DNA from: Gnetum montanum
Lineage: Eukaryota > Plantae > Gnetophyta
Length of the DNA: 64,000 nt
Direction: 5' to 3'
Assembly (NCBI GenBank): GCA_015680685.1
Contig: MNCI01001480.1
Location: forward strand, 287,253 to 351,252
Positions within the stretch are counted from its first letter, which is position 1. Each line of letters starts with the position of its first letter. Shown here one piece after another: positions 1-12,600 of the stretch. The notes under the pieces are model-generated. The model made no database searches, was not told where the DNA came from, and was given only the letters and a program-made list of their open reading frames with translations. Made by a program: the position numbers and the translations under genes.

Positions 1-2
1 GA

Positions 3-1122
3 TTACAGATGGCACAATATATAAATCTTTCAGGCAACAATCTTTCTGGAAACATTGCATCTTACATGGATAGCTGGTTTGATGCTCGTCAAATCAATCT
101 CAGTTTTAATCATTTCAGCGGCAACGTTTCCAAATCAATTGGGAATAAACTCACCCAGCTTGAAAGCATAGATGTGTCTGGCAACAACTTTAGCGGACCT
201 GTGCCTGAGTCCCTGTTCAATCATTCCAATCTCTATTTTTTGAACTTTTCCTACAACTACTTTGATGGAGACGTTCCCTGTCTGCAAAGTTCCTCTTCAA
301 AGAAGCTAAGATTGACAAGATGGTCATTTCTTGGTAATTTAAATATATGTGGAAGATGTTTTGGCCTGAAAGCTTGTCTACCGTCTCTTACTCAGCAACA
401 CAAGTCTCATTTTAACAAAAACAGTATTCTGAAAATCATGCTTGGCATTCTAGGTGGCCTTCTGTTGCTGGTTGTTGCAGCAATTTCATTCTTTTTTAGG
501 AGAACCAAAGGATCCAAAGGGCAAACTCTATGGATAAGTGAAAAATTTTTAAGGATATCTATGGAAGAACTTCAAAGGGCAGCAGACAATTTCAGTGCTT
601 CAAACTTGGTAGCTGAAGGCAGCCATGGAAAAGTCTATAGAGGTATTTTAACCTCTGGATTGCTGGTTGCTGTAAAACGTTTCACTTCTGCAACCCAGAC
701 TGGGACCGAGAAAAACTGTAGAAAGGAATGCCATGCTTTAGGGAAAGTGAGACATCGCAACATTCTAAAGATTATCACTGTGGTCTGGTCTGAGGAATTA
801 AAAACCCTGGTAATGCCATTCATGAGTAATGGCAATCTCCATTCTCTTCTTCATAGTAAAGAAGATGGTCGATTGATTCCGTTAAAATTGCCAATCAGAG
901 TGAAAATATTAATAGAGTTAGCCAAGGGGCTTAGTTATTTGCATCACGATTGTGAATTTCAGGTCATTCACTGTGACATCAAACCAGAGAATGTACTGTT
1001 GGATGACGATATGACTGTCAAGCTCTCTGATTTTGGAATATCTCGCATAATTGGAGACTTCAATTATCCAACAGCATCATCTTCTCATCTGGTGAAATGC
1101 TCTATTGGTTACATTGCTCCAG
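3..1122 (+). CDS. LRR receptor-like kinase (LRR-XII, EFR/FLS2/Xa21-like, non-RD), 5'-truncated large exon
   Basis: Frame is open from the window edge. Plant LRRs (INLSGNNLSGNI, IDVSGNNFSGPVP, LNFSYNYFDGDVP), LRR C-cap (SFLGNLNICG...C) and TM helix (IMLGILGGLLLLVVAAISFFF-RR). Kinase motifs VAVK, HRNILK, HCDIKPENVLLD (non-RD), DFG, IGYIAP. Donor CCAG|GTATGT at 1122/1123. The ORF-track tail after YIAPG is intron read-through. Confidence 0.93.
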
Positions 1123-1212
1123 GTATGTGTTTTCTATTCTTACCTTTTTTAAATATATATTCTTCTTGGATGATGAGGGAAGAAGGTTAAATTTCAAGCA
1201 ATGGTTTTTCAG

Positions 1213-1691
1213 AGTATGGGATTGGAGAAGCAACATCTGTGAAAGGTGATGTATACAGCTTTGGAGTGGTTACCTTAGAAGTCATCACAAGATTGAAGCC
1301 CACAGATGACATGTTTTCAGGGGATGTCACATTGCCATTGTGGATTTCTATGGCCTTGGAAGGAAAATCAGCAGAGGTAAGAAGCCAAACAACTAAAGAT
1401 ACTATAAAAATAGCTGATGAAAGTGGAGGAGGAATTGAGATGGACAAAGATGAAGAAATGTCAATGGTGGAAAGCATTTTGATGCTTGGTCTAAGATGCA
1501 CCTGCCAAAATGCTTCTATGAGGCCTAGCATGAAGGTAGTTGAGTCTTTTCTAGAATCAGTTGTTCTTCCGAATGTACGAGATCAAAGGACATTACCAAG
1601 AAACTTGGAAGAAGTTATGAGTATTGTGGAATCACAACCTCCTCTGCTTCACAGAAGGAATGAAGCTGAAAGTTCAACATTTTCTTCTTAA
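1213..1691 (+). CDS. LRR-XII receptor kinase, last coding exon
   Basis: Acceptor TTTTCAG|AGTATGGG at 1212/1213 restores YIAP-E-YG, the intron position typical of LRR-XII genes. Continues KGDVYSFGVVTLEVITRLKPTDDMF...GLRCT...RPSMKVV to TAA at 1689-1691. Confidence 0.92.
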
Positions 1692-1703
1692 CGGTGATTC
1701 CAA

Positions 1704-2226
1704 GTAAGTTTTTTTTTTAATAGATCAAACTCATATCTTGTATCTACATGAGTTAGCAAATTGTGAAAATTTTCTATGGAACAATGATTCCCTTGGTTAT
1801 GCTTCATTACATGTATGATTCAGCCATTGTTAATATGAGCTGGAAACTTATGCTCTGAAATGCTCACACACTTCAGTGTATATTGCTTTTAATTATTAAA
1901 TTTCCTGATTACTTGCACATTGTCAGCCTCTTAGGTTAGGTCTCGTTATCCAAGAAAGCTTATTCCACTTTCACTTTCCCCTTAAATTGCATACCCACAT
2001 ACATGTTCTTTCGTAAACTTTCTAACTTCATAAATTTTTACAGGGAATCATTGTTATGCATCTCAAAGCTAAAATCAGAAAATTTTATTAACATGAAAGC
2101 ATTTTCAACTTTGCATTCAAATTTTTTATTTTCAAATTTAGTTTTTGAAAATATTTTAACTGCTATGTCTATGACAACCCTATTTGATTCATTTCAGAGA
2201 TTTTAAAGATTTTATCTTTCCTGCAG
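1704..2226 (+). other. Putative 3'UTR intron of the kinase gene
   Basis: Strong donor AA|GTAAGT 12 nt after the stop codon. Pyrimidine-rich acceptor TTTATCTTTCCTGCAG|G ends at 2226. Confidence 0.5.
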
Positions 2227-2356
2227 GGTTTCATGAAAAGCACAGGTTGCAGTCCATGTCAACTCTCAATCGCTTCAATGAAATATCTACAAAGATTGAA
2301 CCTTCTATACCAAACCATGGCTATGCAAATGGGAGCATTATATTTTCCCTTTTCCT

Positions 2357-2774
2357 TCAAAAAATAAGTACTTTCATGTTGATTTAGGGAAATTGATTAT
2401 GGTTTTTAGATTTTTGGGCTAGGGTGACCATTTTACATAAGTTCTTGTTAGAGATGTAAAGACAAGATTTGTACTTGTGTTTTAAATTTTCTAAAGTAGA
2501 GTTAAGATATCTTAAACTTGTAAAAGAAAAAGGGAAAACATGTTTGAGTTAATTATTGGTTGATTCCATTACTATAACCCTATATTTGGCTATTTAAATC
2601 CATATTGGGTTGATTATGAGAGTGAGTTGAGAGTGTTTGATCTCTTGTATAAGGGTTTCTGTAATAGGAGGAACTGATCCGTGAGTTTGTCTTGTGAGTG
2701 TTTTGTAATCTCTTTGATCTAATTGGAAAACTAAATGAAGTTGCTTTCTTGTGTATTTCCCTTGTTTCTTCATC
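2357..2774 (+). mobile_element. Possible solo-LTR remnant
   Basis: TG...CATCA-bounded stretch with a TATA-like CTATTTAAAT and a U5-like T-rich end. No TSD found. Confidence 0.25.
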
Positions 2775-3062
2775 ACTCCCTTCTACAAATTATCCCTGTT
2801 GTTTTATTAATATTCGCATATAACATTTATGTCCTGAATATTTTGGATGTAAAGTTTTGCACAAAGTATTTTTTTGAGATACCAATAAATAAAAATATTG
2901 TAAATTTTAAATATAAAAATCATTGTATTGTATTGCATTTTAAATTGTTGTTCTATGAACAAAGAAATATACACATAATTTTACTAAAATATAAAAATTG
3001 CTAAAATTACTAGTTGTTTCTGTATTTAAAGCTCTTTTTTTTTTTTTTCCTGCAACCTAATT

Positions 3063-3128
3063 TTTTGCCGTTTCCATTGCGTTGCCGTTGCCATCACATT
3101 GCCCCGTTTTCCGTTTCCAGTAACTATG
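3063..3128. mobile_element. Terminal/subterminal end of a hAT-like MITE
   Basis: Repeated CCGTTTCC/CGTTGCC subterminal motifs ending ...CCGTTTCCAGTAACTATG. A weak matching left end is possible near 2317. Confidence 0.35.
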
Positions 3129-3640
3129 ATGCAGACCCATGAGCCATATTGAAGGTATGGATTAAACCAACATTCATGCCATGCCTGATGTATCCATATG
3201 TGTTATGCGTAGTATATTTTTAACATTATTATTCATTTCCCAGCACTCCAGTCGTAGCATGATATCATAGCTTTCAGTTTCAAACCCAACTTCTGCAAAT
3301 TCCTGGAACTTGCTATTCCAAATTAACACGTGTGTATCTATCTCCCCACAAAAATGGCTGCTAAACGTCTCTCAGTTCTTCATCACTAAGTGGACCTTTC
3401 TTCCATGGAAACTGGTTTTGATCATGCAAATTGATTTGAAACAAGGTAAAGGAATCTTTCATGATTTTTCTCTGTTGCTTCCTATTGCTGATTCTCACCT
3501 AAATTTATGCCCTATGTATGCAGTACAATCCAACCCATCTTAAATTACAATCAATCAGCCATTTCGTATCTGTTCAGAATCTCTTGGACTTCATCAAATC
3601 AATCGATTTGTTTATCTAATTTTCTTAGATACTTGCAGCA

Positions 3641-3924
3641 ATGGCTTTTGCTCACAAGGCTACAATGATGAGGTAGCCATGATTTTGTTGATGATGCTGT
3701 GTACTCTAACTGGAAGAAAGCTCATGACCAACAACACCAGGGAAGAGAATGAGTTGCTGAAGAAGAATAAGATGATTCATGTTAATCACTTATTGAAGTT
3801 TGTTTTTGTGGAAAAATCTTTGATTTACTCCAAGCTACCTAGTGGACCTAATCCAGGACCGGGCAATTATATACCTCACTACCACCACCACCCACAAAAT
3901 TTTAAATTTGATTGTTTCATCTAA
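3641..3924 (+). CDS. Small secreted peptide precursor (SGP-rich, PIP/PIPL- or CLE-like); possibly frameshifted or pseudogenised
   Basis: ORF 3679-3924 has a hydrophobic N-terminus ending LTGRKL, a variable charged spacer and a C-terminal KLPSGPNPGPGN motif. The upstream ATG at 3641 (MAFAHKATMMR) joins VAMILLMMLCTLTGRKL if one G is restored at ~3673. G-box CACGTG at 3327-3332. Confidence 0.62.
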
Positions 3925-3944
3925 AGCATTCTACATAAGTAGAT

Positions 3945-4538
3945 TGATGAGTAGATCCTATGCCCAACCATACGAATCACTAAGTGTTCATATGCCATCA
4001 GGTCGAATTTCGTGGAAGTGTACACTACTAGGTGCACAAAGTATCCACCATTGAGATTACCAAGTGTTAATATATCATGCTCAAAGTGGTCATACCTACA
4101 TTACTTATAAACAATAATATTAATTACTTAAGAAAAAGAATATAAATTGCATATAAAGTGAAGTACTCAAAAGTAGAATTATGATAGTCTAAGTACTATA
4201 ATGGATAGAGGAAATCTCAATTTTATTTTGGTCCATGCATATATGTCCAACTACATGTGCACTCAAATAAAATATTGTATAATCTCTTAAACTCACATTG
4301 CGGGTGCTTAGAGGAAAAATATTCTAAATTTCACAACAAGAAACTATAAGAATTTGGCTAGTGCTACAACCAAAATGTGCCATAAATGTGAGGGGTGTGG
4401 ATATTTACATAGGTAACACTTGCATCAACATCGACATACCTACATCAATGCATCATAGAATGCGTCGATGGGGATACATCGATAGGGCTATGTCAATAAG
4501 CATGTGTCAATGCATCATGTTTTACTGATGATCCATCA
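3945..4538 (-). repeat. Element A 3' LTR (internally deleted)
   Basis: Begins TGATGAG and ends CATCA on the + strand. Aligns with 15978-16800. Followed by TACCCCCATGATTGACT, the reverse-complement PPT. Confidence 0.85.
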
Positions 4539-4777
4539 TACCCCCATGATTGACTAAAAACTTGCCCTTGAGTGAACAAAATTGGGATTGAGCTTTATAC
4601 AAAATTTGGGGAAGCATGGAACTTTATTGATAGACAAACTAACTGACTGACTCTAACTAAGTTTAAGTGTTGAATTATACATATTTACAAAAATGAGTGT
4701 AATTTTACATTAAAAATGGACACTTGCACAAAAAGTTTAGTGGGTTCCTATTGAATGAATGGAGATGTGATGAAGTC

Positions 4778-7600
4778 TCATACAGTGCCTAAAGATGGAG
4801 GCTCCTATGGCTTGAATGGTCCTTTATCCTAGCCCAATGTAGCTAGAGGCTAAGGTTGCCCTGCTGCTACTGGAAGTTTAAAGCATCTAGGAGTGCTTTC
4901 ATCTTCTCTTTCTTGCCTTGTGGATTGTAAATAGTCCAAGCTACTTTTCCTATATGAGCTAGTGCAGGGATATCCCACGAGCATAGCACTGAAGAAAATA
5001 TTTTCTTCATGTTGATAAAATAAGCTGTGAATTTCTTTCATTCAATATCAAACATTTTTATAAGATTCTACAACTCCTAGTAGTCATTCATCCTCCTTGT
5101 CAAGTTCTCAGCAATAGTTCATTCATCTATGAACTTGCTTATGAGAACTTCAAGCAATATGTTAGTTATCTCTAACTTTTGTTTTGTTTCCTTATGGAGC
5201 TTGAACTCCATCTCACAGAGAAGGTAGGAGATGACGACCTACTTCTCTAGTTCAGTCCTTGGCCTTCCTACTATCAGCATTACTAAGTTTGCATGTCGAA
5301 GATTAGGAAACTTCATGTACTTTATCATCTCTTTGATCTAAAACTCCTTAAGGCTAATTTCTACCTTATTATATGTGTTCATTCCATCAAAGATGGTTTG
5401 CCATACATAAGCTCTTTGCTGGAATTGCTAGAGAGTCTCATTTATCTTTGCATTGGCTAATTTTATTTCCTTCTCATTATCTTCATTGAGTACTCCAACC
5501 TAGTTTCTGTTTCACTTTTTCGAATTTCAGGGCCTTATTCTTCCAGGTGACTATCTCAGTTGTAGTCATTTGATAAAGAGCATGAACTTCTTCATTGAGA
5601 GATTTATGTTTTCGTTTGCCAACCTCTTCAAGTCTAAGTTCATCTTGGCAAGCTAATCCTACTATGCTAGATATATCAACAATTTGGTCCTTTTGCTACT
5701 TAATGTTTCACACATGATGATTATCCTTGGTGAGGATCAAGTTCTCCTTGCGAACTTGAGACTAGTCCTTATCAATGTTTTTTTTCATAGCCTTTAACAT
5801 GGACACATCAAAGATTATCATCTCATGTAAGTTCTAGCTAGAGAATGGTAGGGCTGGAGAGATAGGCTCTTAACTTTGCAACTTTAGTAGCCAATCATTG
5901 ATTTGTTGCAGTGGTCTCCATAAGTTGTGTGTTTGCAAGTAGCAACTTCCTTCTTGCCTTAAGCAAGTACAACTAGTTTGTAGTGATCTCATCTAAGAGA
6001 TCAAAGATCTTTAGAAGTGGTTTCCCGACTCCTACCAGTCTTTCTAACACCTTCTCATGTTGGGTAGCGCTTATCCAAATACTTCCTACTTCTACTGATG
6101 CATGGATATCTATCATGGAAACTCTGTCTATTATAGATTTCGTAGGAGGATTAAAGGCCTCTGCCATTCTATTAGCTATCTCCTCTACTGCTATCTCTTG
6201 ATCCTTATGTAGCATCACTAACACCATTGCCCCTTTGCCTTCCTCTAACATGAAAGAGAAGTCACTGCATTTTCCAAAATTTTAATAAATGCTTATCTAA
6301 GAATGAGCACAATGACCTCCCTGGCACTTGGATTAGGTCTTGTGGATGCTTGGTTCTACTTTTTAGAGAATAGTGGTGTTGTCTTACTATCTAGCCAGCT
6401 AATGATCCTTGCAACTTCATTGAAATGGCTCATGGCTGAATAGTAGACAAATGAATCCCCATTGTTTGTAGATCCTTGTGATTGTTGTAGTAGTTTCTCA
6501 TGAAATTTCCTAAGTTATTATGTAGCTAGAAGTATCTCTGTCATGATTTCTAGGATTGCAGGTGATGATGGTAGTGGCTACTTCTCTTCATGCAACTTTG
6601 TTACTACCTTATTCTTCATCATCTCCTGCCATGATGTAGTAGGAGTGCTACAGACCATATTATTCAAGTAGTGAGCTATTTTCCCCTCCCCTCCCCTCCT
6701 CTTTTACAATTTTCAAATCAATAATGGAAAGGGAAATGTCTTCTTATCCTTCTTATTTTTCTTGAAGCATTTCTTAATCTCCAAGAAGATGAGTTAGGGT
6801 AGATTAATATGAAAGTTTCTACTTAGAGTGGTATATGCCCTAGTAAGAAGACTATCATCCTACTTGGCCTGACCATTGGGCTTAGGTGACAGGTTGCAAT
6901 TTTAAAGTGGGATCATTCCATCTTTGTCAAGGCATCGTATTTTTTATAGTCCACTTTGTAGCATCACTGGACCCATTCCATTTGTGCCTCTAGGTTTACC
7001 TATGTAGAGATCCTAGCAAGTTTTACCCAAATGTTTGACAAACCGAGGGCTTCAGCTATGATCTTAACCAAATAAGAGATGATGATGTCCTTAAGTGATG
7101 ATGATGTCCTTAATTTTCACCAACGCATCTTCTTGTCGATTGGTCCAAAATAGGTATGTCTCCTCCATGTACTATTCTCCACTGTTAAAAAGAATGAAAA
7201 ACAAGAAAGACCCTTGCAACTTTGTTCTAACCTCCTCTAGTATCAACTTTAAGAAAGGTCCAAAGGTCAACTCTTATAGAATGAAACTTTGGACCTCCTT
7301 GGTCCTTATAGAATGAAACTTTGGACCTCCTTGGTACTGATCTATTCTAGGTAGACCTTTGTGAGGGTGACCTCCAAGTTTGGCCTCGACCTAGGAGCTT
7401 CTTCCTGCCTAGATTGGTCCATCTCTATAGTGGGATCTATCTGACAAATTCCACTTTGGGTTTCTCTCAAAGTTTCCCTATAGCATGTGCCACCTCAGCT
7501 ACTTATTCTTGGGGTTGTTGTTATTGGTATCTTCCCCCTCAGGGTCACTTTTCCCTAGGTTGCAATGGTCCTTTGCTTGTGGTCCTTATGTAGGTGCCAT
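4778..7600 (-). pseudogene. Element A extra ORF ('env-like'/ORF3), degenerate
   Basis: Colinear with B 26100-28937, e.g. EEGKGAMVLVMLHKDQE...SATQHEKVLERL versus B EEDEVVIILVMQHKG...SATQHKEVLE. Many stops. Confidence 0.75.
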
Positions 7601-9629
7601 CTATGGTCATAAACATAATCCTATGATTAGCTCTTTAGTTCATAACCTTTAGTGATTTGAATACCTTTCTTTGTTAAATCAAGTTATGTTAATTTATTGC
7701 ACATTAGGATTTTATTGTTTAAGTGCTTATTTATGATCTCAAGATAGGTGTGTTATTTTATTCCTTACTAACAAAGTTTGTTTGTTGGTCTTAATTCATT
7801 ATGGTAATTAATTTAATATTATTTTAATAGTTTGATCATGGGGAGTTAGAAAAATTTTGAAACATTATCTATGAAAAACCTAAGGTTTCTATCCCCCATG
7901 ATGTAAAGTGTACCTTTGGTAGCTCAAGGGTTGAAAAATAGGTGAAATCAAATAAGTAGTTTGGAAGTTACAATGCTTAGAAGATTCTTGGGCTCTAAAA
8001 AATTACAAAAGGTCCTCTAGAACTTTTGAAAAATGATTTAAAATGAGCTAAATCATTGCTTGTATTTATAGGCTTTTTATGCTACATCAATGGTGCTGCA
8101 TTAACAAGGATGGGTTGATGCAACTATTTATAGCTATCTTTCACATTTAGAACTAGAAGAAGTTTGGGCGCATTTTGGAGTGAGATAAGAGCCAAATGGA
8201 AGCTAAAAAGATGTAGAATGTTGCCAACAACATTAAATAGGGTAGGTTTAGCCTAGAAGAAGCAATTCTAGTGGATTTGGATGAATTTGGTAAGATGTTA
8301 TGATGCGAAGGAGAACAAAAACTGGATGTTATAAAACTATTGGAATGATTGATTGAGCAAGTGATCCATGGTAGGAAATTTAACTTAAGTTAGACCAAAG
8401 AAATGCAAGTGGGTCTTCTTTAAAGTAGGCATATGCTAATTATTCCCTTGCATACCTTCATTGCAACGAGTTTGTGGGTCCCAAGGATGATGAATGGTTA
8501 GGTTAAGTTCAATTCCATACACATGAAAGAAATTTTCCTAGGGTTATGCTATCTAGAAAAAATACTAAACAATTTGCTATGGTATGAGACTATGAGATGT
8601 TAGAGAATGAGATGAATGAATGGTATAGAGAGAAAGAGAGAATAAGAGAGAGAATTAGCATCCTAGTCACATGAGGTTCTTAGTGAAAATTATGATTACG
8701 ATGAATTCATACCTATCCATTCCAAGTCTAGACCAAGTTCATTCCACTTTCATTAACCTCACATTCATAGATCTCCCCTCATCGCAAATCAAAAGTTCAT
8801 AATACTCCCAAAGGAGAATCATTACCCCAAGAGAAGAAGAAAATAGAAGAAGGAAGTATAGAGGACATTAGTTAGAGGAGTATCTTCATGTCTTTCCAGC
8901 CTCATAACCAATGCTTGTAGCCCATTATTGAGTCTAAGGGATGTGCTTTAAATTCTTGTGGTGTTGCTTTTTTGTTTTTTTTTTAACAGAAACCAAATCA
9001 TGTAAAAACATGCTTTCTTTTATGATCGACAACAGAAGTGATGATATATCTATGGAGTATCATAGAACTTAAAAAGAATGTTGAGAGAAAAACCATATCA
9101 AATTCTCTTAAGGTTACACCCTTTTTCTTTTCTAGTTAGTTATTTTCCTAGCTTGTTGGATATCAATATCCTTAATTACTTTTAAGTTGTAATGTGAAAG
9201 AACCTTTGTGTGTTCAAGATATTAATTTCCATGGAACAAATGGAATGGGTGGAGGCCATGAACTCACTACCTAATACCATCAAAAAATTGACAAATTGTT
9301 AGTAGAGAACATAATCTAAAGACAATATTTGGCCTTTTGGTTAATCAATCATAATATTGATAGCTTTCTTGAATAAATTTCCAAAATTTGTAGTAGCTAT
9401 AAATAAAATTAAAGATTCTTAATAAGACCTGAGGAAATTAATAAAGAAGAAAAGAATAGATATAAAAAGATTAATAAAATATTTATTAAAATGGAAAACA
9501 TATAAAGAACATTGCAAAACAAAAAGATGTAAAATTGATTAGCCTCATCAATAGGAACCATTAACATGAATGGCCATCTCCCCCACAACTAGGTTGAGAG
9601 GAGGAGATCCAAAAAAATAGAGCATGCTT

Positions 9630-12600
9630 GTTCCTATGCAGATGTGTCCATGTTGTTAGTTACTTGGGGTTCTCTAAATGGCTTGAGTTATTGTATGTTG
9701 ACTAGTATACATTTTTCAAGACTTAATGGATGGTAAATTATCATGACCCTTGAAGGAATAGTTGAATGGATGATATAATGTCCTTCCCATGACATTTAAA
9801 ACTTTAGTACATTGTGACACATGCATAAGATTCTAGTAAAGAATCTTATCGCTAAGTGAGAAATGAACTCTTTTTATCTATGCATCATGACATTGTTTAT
9901 TGTGTACATTGTACACTTCATTCATCATCAGAGCTATTTTTTGATTCTCATCTAGCACATTCAAGATTATCAAACATTCTTTGTGGGCTAGAATAATGTG
10001 TAGGTTAAGCTCATAGGCGATTCTGGATGTATGAAGTTCAACTTGGGTTAGAAGTTTTGGAAATTTTCCATACACTAAGTCATATGGAGAGTAGCCTATA
10101 GGAAGCTTCCAAGTTGAATGATATGCCCAAAGATCATTGTTAAGTTTTGTACTCCTATCCTTCCTATATCTACTAATAGTTTGTGTTAGTATCCTAGTAA
10201 TCTCCCTATTGGTAACTTTAGCTTAACCATTAGCTTAGGGGTGATAGGGGGTTGCAATTTTATGTTGCACCCCCAAGCATAACATTAATTTCTAAAAAGT
10301 AGACATCGTAAAATATGTGTCATTGTCTAAAATAAGTGCTCTAGGAATACCAAAATTATTTACTATGTATTTTTGTACAAACCAAGCTATAGTGATGGAT
10401 GTATAGTTTGATACTACTACAACTTTAGCTCACTTGATGTAGTAATCAATAGTAAGTATGATGTATGCCTTTCCATTTGACATGGAAGTGATGGATCCCA
10501 TAAAGTCAATGCTAAAATGCTTAAAAGGTTCTAGTGGTTAGATCCACTATTGGGATGCTTTCATTCAAATAGCCATTTATCCATCTCTTTGACATTGGTC
10601 ACATGAATGGGAGAAATGATGAACATTCCTAAAGATCCTTGGAAAAAAGTATCCTACCATGAGAATCTTTGTAGCTATCCTTCTTCCTATGTAGTGGCCC
10701 TTGTAAGGATCCTTATGAGCATCTTAAAGGATGTGTAACTAATCAACATCAGGAACACATCATTGAACTAGATCATTAGCATAAATCCTATAAAGGTTAC
10801 CTTGGATTTCCATGTAATGCTTGACCTGGTGAAGAAACTATTATTTCCTCTTATTGTTCCATTTTTCTCGAGTCTCCTATGTAGGAGAGAAACTCATCAT
10901 ACCAATTGGTAATCCTTGGCTTTTATATTTCAATGAATTTAGCAAAAATAAGTCATTGGAAAATTGATCAAATAGGGATTCCTCATCCTTTCCTCATCCT
11001 CATTGTTATCCCATCTTAGCTGAGACAAATAATTGATTACTACATTCTTGGTTCCTTTCTTGTCCATCATGGTAAGATTAAATTCTTGCAAAATTACTAG
11101 TTATCATATGATATGGGGGCTAACAACTAGCTTTTTCATTAGAAAAAAAATGACACTATGATTAATGTATACAAAAATTTGATATCCAAGCACATAGTGC
11201 CTAAATGTTTTGAAGGCATACACCACCACCATGAGCTCTTTCTCAATGGTGGTGTAACTTAGCTGTGTACCTAGAATGCTTAGGCTTGTACGATGGATGT
11301 ATTATGAACATTCTTGATTATTCATTTGTATAAGCACCACTCCCAATGCATAGTTAGATGCATTTTTCATTATGTGAAATGACCTAGAAAAATCTAGAGC
11401 ATGTAGAATTAGAGTTTTCATTAGCTTTTAATTTAATTTTTGAAATTCTTGTTCACATTTGTTAGTCCATTTGAAAGCTGCATCTTTCTTTGTAAGTACC
11501 ACTAGCAGTCTAGCAATTTTAGATAAATTCTTGATGAAGCACCTATAGTAACTAGTGTGGCCAAGAAATGACCTCACATCTTTCATAGTTTGAGGTTTCA
11601 TAGTTAGATGACCCTTACTTTTTCTAGGTCCACTTCAATCCTTTTTCTTGAAATGTGGTATCACAAGATAATTTCCTTTTGGATCATTAAGTGGATTTTT
11701 TGCCAATTGAGCCATAAGTTTGTCTCTACACAACACTCTAACACTTACTCTAGATAATCCAAGCCTTGTTCAAAGTTGGCATCATAGGGGGAAATTTCAT
11801 CCATGAAGACTTCCATACCATTATCAATTTGTTGCTAAAAAATACTAAGTACCAGGCACTAGAAAGTTATAGGGGCATTGCAAATACCAAATGGCATTTC
11901 CTTATATGCAAAAGTTCCCGAGGAACTTGAGAAAGTCATCTTGGCCTAATCTTCTTTTACTATTTGAATTTGGTTATAACCACTATAACCATCTAGAAAA
12001 CTGTAGCAGGTATGCCCTACAATTTTATCTAGCACCTAGTTCACAAATGGAAATTTAGCATGATCTTTGAATGTTGCCATATTCAACAACTTGAAGTCTA
12101 TATAAACTCATCATTTTCCTTCTTTCTTTGGTACAATCATGAGTGGGCTTACCCACTCACTGTTTGACACAGGATAGATGAATCACACCTTAAGAAGTTG
12201 TTTCACTTCATCTTTAATAACTTGCTTAAGCTTTAAATTTAATCTTCTCTGCGACTACCTCATTGGTTTGATGAAGAAGTCTATATAGATTTGATTTTGG
12301 CATATCCAAGGATCTATTCATGTTAATACATGAGATGATCATGCAAAGGTTGTTGGCCATTTGCTTACTACTTGCAATAGCTTCCTTTTTTGTTATCAAG
12401 TAATATTGACATTGATAATTACTAGCTTGCCATTATTAAGAAAAACATATTCCAAGGTTTTCAATAAAGTTGTAAGTTTAAGGGGCTCCTACTTAAAATG
12501 GTCTAGAATATCCAACTTCCCCCAATTCATTTTTATGTTTTTTGTGGAAGAGTTGATTATGAATTTACTACATTCCATCCATGTTATCTATATATGCACT

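Noticed and set aside
1123-1190. C-terminal MCFLFLPFLN... tail of ORF 9..1190 as a protein end or second TM helix
   Set aside because: It is intron read-through; splicing 1122>1213 restores APEYG.
3940-3944. TSD for element A
   Set aside because: TAGAT and CTTGT (30111-30115) do not match, so the ends are eroded or recombinant and no TSD is claimed.
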